Assembly (NCBI GenBank): GCA_963720755.1
Contig: CAVRGP010000011.1
Location: 832,001 to 896,000, forward strand
Length of the DNA stretch: 64,000 bases
Reading direction: 5' to 3'
DNA from: an uncultured Chloroflexia bacterium
GTDB lineage: Bacteria > Chloroflexota > Limnocylindria > Limnocylindrales > CSP1-4
Below, in pieces: positions 9,644 to 18,400 of this stretch. Both the position numbers and the translations under genes were made by a program. The number at the start of each line of letters is the position of its first letter. Position 1 is the first letter of the stretch. Under the pieces are notes generated by a model. That model did no database searches. It saw nothing but the letters and a program-made list of their open reading frames with translations, and had not been told where the DNA came from.

Positions 9644-9700
9644 GCGTCCGGGCCGACGATCCCGCCTACGTGCGGCCCGTCGAACCCGGAGCGACCGGGG
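9644..9700 (+). repeat. Hairpin repeat, copy D
   Basis: GCGTCCGGGCCGACGATCCCGCC...GTGCGGCCCGTCGAACCCGGAGCGACCGGGG, highly similar to copy C. Confidence 0.8.
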
Positions 9701-9706
9701 GTCGCT

Positions 9707-9726
9707 GTTAGCATCGAGTTAGCATC
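9707..9726 (+). repeat. Direct repeat GTTAGCATC x2, probable integrase arm-type sites
   Basis: 11-bp period, about 95 bp from the att core. Confidence 0.55.
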
Positions 9727-9820
9727 AGGGGCGGATATCCCCGGATTCTGAACCCGGTCGGAACCCCGATTCGTGCGTGAATCCGTCGCCGATAGACGCC
9801 AATGGACGCGGCAGACGAGA

Positions 9821-9865
9821 CTGCAAAACCTCTATTCACCGGTTCGAATCCGGTCGTCGCCTCCA
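9821..9865 (+). other. att site: 3' half of tRNA-Cys(GCA)
   Basis: CTGCAAA anticodon loop, ACCGG-TTCGAAT-CCGGT T-arm, GTCGCCT-CCA end; upstream sequence cannot form the anticodon stem, D-arm or acceptor 5' strand. Confidence 0.85.
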
Positions 9866-9877
9866 ATTCCTGAGCGT

Positions 9878-9904
9878 GAAACCGGGCCTTCTGGTCCGGT
9901 TTTC
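9878..9904 (+). terminator. Hairpin terminator after the tRNA fragment
   Basis: AAACCGGGCC-TTCT-GGTCCGGTTTT. Confidence 0.6.
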
Positions 9905-9913
9905 CTAATTCAC

Positions 9914-9932
9914 TGGTAGCAATCGTGGTAGC
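9914..9932 (+). repeat. Direct repeat TGGTAGC x2, probable arm-type sites of a second element
   Basis: 12-bp period; resembles the GTTAGCA arm repeats on the other side of the att core. Confidence 0.45.
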
Positions 9933-10073
9933 GACCGGCGTTCTGGGCGGTCCCGTCATAAGCAAAGATGCGGCTGGACGGGGGGTTTCGGGCCGTGACG
10001 CGCTCCCACGGGCGGAGCCGAGATCAGCGCTGGTGGTGCTTTAGGGCGCTCCGTCGTGTCGGCTGCTCATCTC

Positions 10074-10451
10074 CTAGCCGTCGACGTAGGTCGCGACGTG
10101 ACAGTCGTCGGCCGGGGCCACTCCGATGCCACAGCCGATCAGGTAGGTGCGCTCGGATCCGTCGGCGAGGCCGAGGACGACCACGAGGGTCATACCGCCG
10201 CCGCCAGAGGTCGGGTTGTACGGTTCTCCGTTGGACAGGCGGTAGTCGAGGGTGTAGGCACGACTGGTGGCAACCTTGCCGTGATCGGGTTCGGCGTTGT
10301 CGAGGAGCCGCTCGGCATAGGCGACGAAGGGTGTCGTGCCGTCGGCCACCTGGTCCCGTACGGGGTAGCCGCCGATTCGGACGATCGGCGGCGAACATCC
10401 GGCCAGGAGAACGACGGCGACGAGAGCGATGCGCAACCGGTTCTTCCTCAT
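10074..10451 (-). CDS. Lipoprotein of unknown function
   Basis: MRKNRLRIALVAVVLLAGC signal peptide and lipobox. Confidence 0.7.
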   Translation of the reverse strand: MRKNRLRIALVAVVLLAGCSPPIVRIGGYPVRDQVADGTTPFVAYAERLLDNAEPDHGKVATSRAYTLDYRLSNGEPYNPTSGGGGMTLVVVLGLADGSERTYLIGCGIGVAPADDCHVATYVDG

Positions 10452-10524
10452 GGTCTCGGAGTAGAGCACGGTGCCGGCCCTCACGTCACTAGGTCATTCC
10501 CTGCAGGCGAGTGGGCGAAGGTCA

Positions 10525-10752
10525 TCACGAAGTGATCGGCGACCGTCTCGCCGCCCGCTCCGCTTCGATCCAGTTCCAGCCCGCGTCCCAGTAGTCCCGG
10601 TCCCGCGCCAGCCCTCGCCGCTCAGCGTCCGCCTCCCAGGCTTCGCACCAGCGCTCGGCCGTCTCGATCGGCATCCCGGTGCCGGCCAGCGTGTTCCGGA
10701 CGGCCGCACGACGGGCCTCGTGGATACGCTCGGGATCGGGGTGGCGGGTCAC
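10525..10752 (-). CDS. Small conserved Trp-rich hypothetical protein (copy 2)
   Basis: Paralog of 7011-7229; TAGTCT -10 located 7 nt before GTG. Confidence 0.75.
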   Translation of the reverse strand: MTRHPDPERIHEARRAAVRNTLAGTGMPIETAERWCEAWEADAERRGLARDRDYWDAGWNWIEAERAARRSPITS

Positions 10753-10774
10753 GGGAGCCAGACTATCGACCCAT

Positions 10775-10802
10775 CGTGACGGGTTGGGTGGCGGAGTAGG
10801 CT
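10775..10802 (+). promoter_or_regulatory. Conserved promoter-like motif (copy 2)
   Basis: CGTGACGGGTTGGGTGGCGGAGTAGGCT. Confidence 0.55.
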
Positions 10803-10859
10803 CCTGCCAACGAGCTCACGAGTCGATCGCAGCAGACGACCCAATACGGGAGAGGTCCA

Positions 10860-11509
10860 ATGCAGGACACGGCATCTCCGCCTTCACAACCTGTCGTTGC
10901 CCCGCCGCGGACGTTCGACTGGGCTGGGTTGGTGATCCTTCTGGCGGGTGGCCTGGCGATCCTCGGATCCTTCCTGCCCTGGATCCAATCGACCTCGCTT
11001 AGCGGCAGCTTCGGTCCGACCGGGCTTGACCTCGGCCGCGACGGCGTCATCTCGATCGTCCTCGGCATCATCATGGCCCTGTTCGCGATCGCGATCCTTG
11101 CCCGGAGCGGGCGACGAAACGTGGCGCGGGTCGGGGCGCTGATATGCGCAGTCGCGCTCGGCTGGTTCGCATGCATCGATATCGTGCATTTCAACAGCGG
11201 CATCGCGTTCCTTTACACCAGCATCGACGGCAGCCTCTACTTCATCGGGTCGTTGGGCCCTGGCCCGATCGTCGTAGCCTTGGCCGCCGCTCTTGGGGTG
11301 GTGGGTGTATTCCTGCCCGGTGGCCCCGAGGCTGTGGCTGGCCCGAGTGCCCAGCAGGCGCCACCCGGCTAGGTGTGCGGGTTCTGCCACAAGCCACTTA
11401 GTCCTGCCTGGATAGCAAGTGCGACCAGTGCAAGACCCCCTACGCCGAGATTCCGCCAGTTCTTCGTGCCACGCAAAGGCAGGAACCTGGCCGAGCTGCC
11501 GCCACGTAA
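10860..11509 (+). pseudogene. 4-TM membrane protein whose C-terminal Zn-ribbon is cut off by TAG (11370-11372) and a frameshift (~11412); intact part is 10860-11372
   Basis: ...QAPPG*VCGFCHKPLSPAW / shift / SKCDQCKTPYAEIPPV. Confidence 0.6.
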
Positions 11510-11533
11510 CCCCCTGCTAGGCGCCCCCAGCCC

Positions 11534-11596
11534 AGTCTCACGCGGCCCCCGGCTCCGCGTCCGGGCCGACGATCCGGCCGGGTGCGGCCAGTCGAG
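11534..11596 (+). repeat. Hairpin repeat, copy E (right arm truncated)
   Basis: AGTCTCACGCG..CCCGGCTCCGCGTCCGGGCCGACGATCC..GTGCGGCCAGTCGAG matches 9307-9369. Confidence 0.8.
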
Positions 11597-11891
11597 TCGC
11601 ATCCGGATCGAGGCGGGCTCGCAGCGCGTCTCTTCGTTCGAGCCAGAGTCGACGCCCCAGTCCGTGGCCGCGGTGCGACGGCGCGATGATGAAGAACCCC
11701 ATGAACCCGAACCGGCCCGCGTAGGAGACGATCGAGCCGCCCCCGACCAGCTCGCCATCGATCTCGGCGGCGACGAAGCCCTCGGGGTCGGTCGCCCAGA
11801 AGATCTCGGCGTCGTTGCGTCCTGGATTCCAGCCCTCGTCCGCAGCCCAATCGACGAGGATGTCCAGCTCGTCGCGCTTCATGCGGCGCAC
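11538..11891 (-). pseudogene. Truncated YitH-like two-domain GNAT acetyltransferase
   Basis: WAADEGWNPG...FGFMGFFIIAPSHRGHGLG; runs into repeat E before the expected IGxDG motif and second domain. Confidence 0.7.
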
Positions 11892-12008
11892 GATCAGGTC
11901 CGCACTCCCGTCGGGATCATCCCACGAGCGACTCGGTCCCGAGGGTCCCGATGGACCAGCCTCGAGATGCCGCCCCGGATGACGACCGGATCGGCGGGCG
12001 ACCCAGGG

Positions 12009-12182
12009 TCAGGACGCCCGGAGCATCCTTCGGCGGAGTTGTCGCACGGCGAGGCCCGACATGGCCACGATCATCGCGAAGACCGGTCCTGCCATGTTGC
12101 CGGCCATCGCGTGGAGCAGCACCATGACGACGAACATGCCCCAGAGCACCGTGCCCATGGCCAGGAGGACGTTTCGAGACAA
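12009..12182 (-). CDS. Small two-TM membrane protein
   Basis: SD GGAGGGG before TTG 12182; two hydrophobic segments. Confidence 0.5.
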   Translation of the reverse strand: MSRNVLLAMGTVLWGMFVVMVLLHAMAGNMAGPVFAMIVAMSGLAVRQLRRRMLRAS

Positions 12183-12452
12183 ATGTTCCCCTCCAGCAGC
12201 GAGGTTCGTGGCGACGCACCGCGTCGATGTCCCCGAACGACCGCTCCGTCCCGGCCACCGTACCCGATAGTCCCGGCAACGCAAGGCTCGATGGTCCCGA
12301 TGTGGTTCCCGGGGGCACCAGGAACCGGACCGGTCCCGGCCTTCTGGCGTCCTGCGGCCCCGGCCCGTCGCTGAATATCACGTCGCGGACCGCCTCCAAA
12401 CGCACTATGCTCCGCGGGTGTCCGGCGTGTTGCCGGCGAATCTGGAGCGGGC

Positions 12453-13217
12453 GTGGCCAGTATCGTCAGCGTCCACTCGTTTCGCGGCGGCACCGGGAAG
12501 TCGAACACGACCGCGAACCTGTCTGCATTGATCGCCAATCGGGGCCTTCGGGTCGGCGTCATCGACGCGGACATCCAGTCCCCCGGGATCCACGTCCTAT
12601 TCGGCCTGTCGGGCGATGACGTCCATGCGTCGCTGAACGATTTCCTGTGGCATGACCGCCCGATCCGTGACGTGGCGATGGACGTGACCGATCGAGTCGG
12701 GGTGACCGGAGGCGGACGTCTCTTCCTGATCCCATCGAGTATGGAGCCGGGCGAGATCACCCGCGTCCTGCGTGAGGGGTACGACGCCCAGCGATTGACC
12801 GGCGGTCTGCGCGACCTCGTGACCCAGCTGGACCTCGATGTCCTGTTCATCGATACCCATCCGGGGCTCAACGAGGAGACGCTCCTCTCACTCGTCATCT
12901 CGGACGCGTTGCTGATCGTGATGCGACCCGACCGCCAGGACTTCGAGGGCACGGGCATCACCGTACGCGTCGCCAGGGAGCTCGAGGTTCCGCGGATCAG
13001 CATCCTGGTCAACAAGACCCCAACGGATCTTGATCTCGGGTCGGTCCGAGATCGGGTCGCCGCGACCTATGGCTGCGAGGTCGCGGCTGTATTGCCGCAC
13101 TCCGACGCGTTGATGAGTCTCGCCAGTGAGGGTGTCTTCTCCCTTCGGTTCCCAGACCATCCACTGACCGAGGCGTATCGACGCCTGGCCGAGCACGTGA
13201 TCCCGGTCACGTCCTGA
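12453..13217 (+). CDS. MinD/ParA family ATPase
   Basis: HSFRGGTGKS deviant Walker A, DADIQSPG, IDTHPG, MRPDRQDFEGT. Confidence 0.92.
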   Translation: MASIVSVHSFRGGTGKSNTTANLSALIANRGLRVGVIDADIQSPGIHVLFGLSGDDVHASLNDFLWHDRPIRDVAMDVTDRVGVTGGGRLFLIPSSMEPGEITRVLREGYDAQRLTGGLRDLVTQLDLDVLFIDTHPGLNEETLLSLVISDALLIVMRPDRQDFEGTGITVRVARELEVPRISILVNKTPTDLDLGSVRDRVAATYGCEVAAVLPHSDALMSLASEGVFSLRFPDHPLTEAYRRLAEHVIPVTS

Positions 13218-13219
13218 AC

Positions 13220-15424
13220 GTGGGCGGACCGCCCGGGAACTCCTCGACGCCCATGTTCTCGCGCGACCAACTGCTGGGCGGGATGCCGGCACGTCGCGCG
13301 AGCACGCTGCTGTTCGCGATCGAAGGTGAGACCGCTCGCTTGGTCGCCGCGTCACGGATCAATCGCGCCGGGTTCGTCGGCGAACGCACGACTGTGGAGC
13401 GCGAGCAGGATTTCCTCAAGGCGATGGCGACGGGCTCATCGCTGCCGAACCCGCCTTCGATCGCCGATCTCGAGCGCTTCTCGTCCAGTTGGGCAAACCT
13501 CGTGCCGGTCGGCGACGACCTTCGGGCGGCCCTCGCCCGATCCCTTGGATCGAAGTACCGATTTCGACGAGGCGACGTCCCCGGGATCCAGCTTGCCCTT
13601 GGCTTGTCCAGCCCGACCATCGCTGGCGCGTTCGAGCGGCTCTACGGCGCTCCGCTCGAGAGCATCTACGCATCGACCCTTCCGATCCGGGACCGGGCAC
13701 GATGGGCGCTATCGCGGTTCTCCGCCAGGTCCGACCGCCTCCCGCCGTTCTGGATCGCGTTCTTCCTGGCCCTGACCGAGACCCTCGGCGAGGGGATCCT
13801 GTCGGTGCCGCTGGCACTCGCGGGACTCGGCCCGCTGCCCGGCGTCATCCTCCTGCTCGTGTTGGGCGGGGTGAACCTCATCACCATGGGTGCGATGGCC
13901 GAGACGGTCATCCGGAACGGGAGCATGCGCTATGGAGCGGCGTACTTCGCCCGCCTCGTGACGGAGCTCATCGGGCGCGTGCCGGCTTCCGTCCTCGGCA
14001 TCGTCTTCGCGCTCGATGGCATCCTGGCATTCTGGTTCTACTTCCTGGGATTCGGATCCGTCCTCGCGGGCGCGACCGGCATCCCGATGGGGATCTGGAT
14101 CGCGGCGCTCTTCGCCATCAACGTGTTCATGCTCCGGAACGAGACACTGGATGACACGATCGCCTCGGCCATCGTGATCGGCACGGCGAGTCTGGCCCTG
14201 GTCGTCGCGATCACCGCGATCGCCTTGGTCAATGTCGTCCCGGCCAACCTCGCCTACGCCAACATCCCGTTCGTCAGCGGGCAGCCGATCGATGCCTCCA
14301 TCGTCGGGCTGGTCTTCGGGATCATCCTGATGGCGTTTTTCGGGCACACGTCGGCTGCGAATTCGGCCAAGCTGCTCCTCACGGTCGAGCCAAGCGGCCG
14401 TTCGCTCCTGTGGGGCAATCTCCTGGCGATGACCGTCGTGATCGTCCTGTACTGCATCGCGTCGGTGGCGATACTCGGCGTCGTCGGACCGGCGCCGCTC
14501 CTCGACACGAACGGGACCGCGATCACCCCACTCGCCGACGCCCTGGGTCCGGCGGTCAACGTGATGAGCGTGATCTATGTGGTCCTCGCGATCGGGATCG
14601 GTTCGCTGTACGTCACCCTGGGAACGTACAACCAGGTCGTCGAACTGCTCCCGCGAGGGTCCGAGCCGAATAGCGGGCGGCTGGCGAAGCTCGGTTCGAC
14701 CCGGCGAGGCCGCCAGCTCGTCGGATTTGCGCCGGCGGCTCTCGTCTGCCTCGCTCTCGAGGCCATCGTCCTCCTGGGACTCGACGACTTCGCCGGCATC
14801 ATCGGGTTCGCCGGGACGTTGACGGTGCCGATCATCACGGGCATCTTCCCGATGTTGCTGATCGCCGCGGCCCGCCGAAAGGGCGAGTATGTGCCGGGTC
14901 GGGTCATCGGAATCCTGGGCAGCCGTGCGTCGGTCGTCGTGCTCCTCGCGCTCTTCACCCTGGCGGTGGCGGCCCACGCGTTCATTTGGGACAACCCGTT
15001 CGAGCGCGCGGCCGCCGCGGGGACGAGCATCGTGATCGTGGTGCTGATCGCCTGGGTCTGGCGGGCTCGCGTCACGCTGCCTCGAGCGATCGTCGAGCTG
15101 CGGGTCGACCATCGGTTCCGTCGATCGATGCTGTCGACGACGGTGGCGGGGCGGGCGATCGAGCTGGAGACGCCCATCGGATCGGGGACGTCCGCGCCAA
15201 CCGCGGTGACGTCATTGCCGGCCGGTCCATGGCGTGAGATCCGCATCTGGCCGCATGAAGTCTCGATCGATGGCTGGTCGACAGGGCTGGCCGCGTCGGT
15301 CGAGATGGTGACCGATGGAGCCGTTGAAGCGCATGAACTGGAGCCTACGCCGGATCCCGTGCTCCTGCCGGTCGATGGCCGGCCGGTGACGATCCGGATC
15401 CAGATCAAGGGAGCCGCCGGATGA
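13220..15424 (+). CDS. Amino-acid permease (APC/AAAP-like) with soluble N- and C-terminal extensions (start may be 13253)
   Basis: ETLGEGILSVPLALA TM1 motif, about 11-12 TM helices, AFFGHTS. Confidence 0.8.
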   Translation: MGGPPGNSSTPMFSRDQLLGGMPARRASTLLFAIEGETARLVAASRINRAGFVGERTTVEREQDFLKAMATGSSLPNPPSIADLERFSSSWANLVPVGDDLRAALARSLGSKYRFRRGDVPGIQLALGLSSPTIAGAFERLYGAPLESIYASTLPIRDRARWALSRFSARSDRLPPFWIAFFLALTETLGEGILSVPLALAGLGPLPGVILLLVLGGVNLITMGAMAETVIRNGSMRYGAAYFARLVTELIGRVPASVLGIVFALDGILAFWFYFLGFGSVLAGATGIPMGIWIAALFAINVFMLRNETLDDTIASAIVIGTASLALVVAITAIALVNVVPANLAYANIPFVSGQPIDASIVGLVFGIILMAFFGHTSAANSAKLLLTVEPSGRSLLWGNLLAMTVVIVLYCIASVAILGVVGPAPLLDTNGTAITPLADALGPAVNVMSVIYVVLAIGIGSLYVTLGTYNQVVELLPRGSEPNSGRLAKLGSTRRGRQLVGFAPAALVCLALEAIVLLGLDDFAGIIGFAGTLTVPIITGIFPMLLIAAARRKGEYVPGRVIGILGSRASVVVLLALFTLAVAAHAFIWDNPFERAAAAGTSIVIVVLIAWVWRARVTLPRAIVELRVDHRFRRSMLSTTVAGRAIELETPIGSGTSAPTAVTSLPAGPWREIRIWPHEVSIDGWSTGLAASVEMVTDGAVEAHELEPTPDPVLLPVDGRPVTIRIQIKGAAG

Positions 15425-18400
15425 GCGACGAGGCCGAGATGACGGGATTGGCTGCGGCGCGTGCGAGGATCGCCGAACTCGAGGCCGAGCACGCCGAGCG
15501 CGATGCGACCGCCCGGGTCAACGCGGCGCTCTACCGGATCGCGGAGACGTCCGCCGGGTCGGGCGATCTGCAAGCGTTCTATGCGTCGATCCACGCGATC
15601 GTCGCCGACCTGATGTACGCGGAGAACTTCTACATCGCGTTGTACGACCCGGAACGGGAGCTGATCAACTTCCCGTACTTCCAGGATGCGGTCGACCCTG
15701 ACATCCCCGACCCGTCCGGCTGGGAGCCGTTCGGGATCGGGAATGGCGGTGGGTTGACGGCCTTCGTCCTGCGGACGGCGCAGGTCCAGCACGTCCCGGT
15801 CGAGCGGCTCGAGCAGCTGGTCGCCGCCGGCGAGGCGACCAGCATCGGCAGCGACGGGACGGACTGGCTCGGGGTCCCACTCCAGGCCGAAGGACAGTTG
15901 CTGGGAGCCCTGGTCGTCCAGACCTATCGCCCCGACGAGGTCTATTCGGACGCGGACGTGGACCTGCTGGCATTCGTCGGGCAGCACGTCGCCACAGCCC
16001 TCTCCAGAAAGCGGGCGGTGGAGGAGATCCGCCGTCAGAACGCAGAGCTGGCCGTCGTCAGCGAGATCGGGGCGGGGTTGGCCGCCCAACTCGAATACGA
16101 CGCGATCATCGATCTCGTCGGGGACCGGATCCGGGAGGTCTTCGAGGCATCGAACATGTACATCGCCATGTACGAGGAGACGCGCGGCGAGATCCACTTC
16201 CCGTACGACTTCGTGGCCGGCAACCGCCAGCCAACCTTCCCGCCGACGGCCATCGGGGAGGGGCTGACTTCGGTCGTCATCCAGAGCGGCAGGCCACTGA
16301 TGGTGGGCACGACCGCGGATATGGACGCGATGGGCGCGATCGACGACGGCGGCGTTGAGACGGAGTCGTACCTCGGCGTCCCGATGGCGGTCGGTGACCG
16401 GGTGATCGGGGTGATCGCGATCCAGGATTTCGAGCCGAATGCCTACGATGAAGACGATGCGCGGCTCCTGAGCACGCTCGCGTCGAGCACGGCCGTGGCG
16501 CTTGACAACGCCAGATTGTTCGACGACGTGCGCCGTCGCGCTGCGGAGCTCGAGATCATCGGCCGGGTCAGCGATGCGATGGCATCGCAACTCGAGCTCG
16601 AGGCGTTGATCGAGCTCGTCGGCGAGCAGATGCGCGAGATCTTCGTCGCGGACATCGTGTACGTCGCGCTGCTCGACGAAGAGACGGGACAGATCGAGTT
16701 CCCGTACTACAACGAGGATGGGCGCAGGCTGGAAGAGACGCCGATGGTGCTGGGCGAGGGGCTGACGTCACGGATCCTCATCTCTCGTCAGCCGATGTTG
16801 CTCAACCGCGACGACCAGTTCGAGGCACTCGGGACCCGTGGCGTGGGAACGTTGGCGAAATCGTGGCTGGGTGTGCCGATCCTCGTGGGCGACCGTGCTA
16901 TCGGCGTCATCAGCGTCCAGAGCTCGACCCAGGAGGGCCGCTTCGGCGAGCGCGAAATGGCCCTCCTGACGACCCTGGCCGCGAGTGTCGGGGCGGCGAT
17001 CCAGACCGCCCGCCTGTTCCGCGAGCGCGAGCTGAGCGAGCAGCGCTCACTGCGCCTCGTCGAGGAGTTGCCGCTCGCGGTCTACACGGACAACCCTGAC
17101 GAAACTTCGACGTCGACGTACATGAGTCCGATCGTCGAGGAGATGTTCGGGTATCCCCGCGACGAATGGCTGCGCGAGGGATTCTTCGCCTCGGTTGTCC
17201 ATCCGGACGATCGTGAGCGGATCACCGGGCAGATCGAGGACGCGCTCGAGGGGTCGGGCCAGAAGGCATCCTATGAGTACCGGATCATCGCGGCGGACGG
17301 CCGGGTCGTGTGGGTTCGCGACGACGTCTGGATCGTCCGCGATGATGACGGCACCGCGCTGTATGCCCAGGGCTTCATGCTCGACATGACCGACCAGGTG
17401 CTGGCCGCCGCCGAGATCCGTCGTCAGAAGCAGTACTTCGAGTCGCTCGTCGAGATCAATCCGGTTGCGGTCGTGACGATGGATCGCGACGAGATCGTGA
17501 CCGGCTGGAACCCAGCCGCCGTGCAGCTGTTCGGATACGAGGTCGATGAGGCGATCGGAACCCATATCGACCGCTTGCTCTTCGCCGAGGACGATCTCGA
17601 TGAGGGTCGTGCCACGACGCTGGCCGCCGCGGAGACCGGGCGAGCCCAGCTGATCGGTCGCCGGTCGCGCAAGGACGGCACCCCCGTCGATGTCGAGATC
17701 ATCCTGGTCCCGCTCGTCGTTGATGGCGAGCACGCCGGGTACTACGCGATCTATCACGACATCACGGAATTGCAGGCGGCACGCAGCGAGGCGGACGCGG
17801 CGAACGCCGCCAAGGGCACGTTCCTGGCGTCGATGAGCCACGAGATCCGGACGCCGATGAACGCGATCATCGGGATGAGCGGCCTGCTCGTCGGGACGCC
17901 GCTCGACCCGGAGCAGCGCGACTACGCGGAGACGATCCGCGCCTCGGGCGAGGCGCTGCTGACGATCATCAACGACATCCTCGATTTCTCCAAGATCGAA
18001 GCCGGCCGGATCGAACTGGACGAGGCGCCATTCGGGCTCGGCTCCTGCCTGGAGGGCGCGCTCGACGTCATCGCGCCCGCGGCTGCCGCGAAGGGCATCG
18101 AATTGGCGTACTCGATCGATCCCGACCTTCCGTTCGCCCTGGTCGGGGATGCCGGCCGCGTTCGCCAGATCGTTCTCAACCTGCTGTCCAATTCGGTCAA
18201 GTTCACGGAGCAGGGTGAAGTCGTCGTGACGGTCACCGGGCGTCGTCTCGATCGACGGCGGGCCGGCGGGCGTTGGCAGATCGACGTGGAGGTCGCCGAT
18301 ACGGGCATCGGCATCTCGCCCGATCGGATGGATCGGCTGTTCCAGTCGTTCAGCCAGGCAGACGCATCGATCTCAAGACGGTATGGCGGGACCGGCCTGG

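Larger units (their letters stand above)
1..9865 (+). mobile_element. Integrative element (satellite/PICI-like or AICE-like) inserted at tRNA-Cys; left end lies upstream of the window
   Basis: Tyrosine integrase, xis-like HTH, AAA_25 helicase plus iterons and cargo genes; ends at a 3' tRNA-Cys fragment (9821-9865). Confidence 0.85.

Noticed and set aside
9790-9865. Complete tRNA-Cys gene
   Set aside because: Only the anticodon loop to CCA is present; the upstream sequence cannot pair to form the anticodon stem or acceptor stem, so it is treated as an att remnant.
11370-11372. Pyrrolysine or other amber read-through
   Set aside because: A frameshift follows about 40 nt later and no pyl genes are visible; decay is the simpler explanation.
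8041-11596. CRISPR array or classical integron
   Set aside because: Spacing is irregular and gene-sized, no cas genes are present, there are no attC RYYYAAC/GTTRRRY boxes, and the integrase is phage-type without an evident IntI insertion.
11944-12302. GGTCCCGATG 10-mers flanking the small membrane gene
   Set aside because: Too short and GC-rich to distinguish from chance, and not clearly related to the main hairpin repeat.
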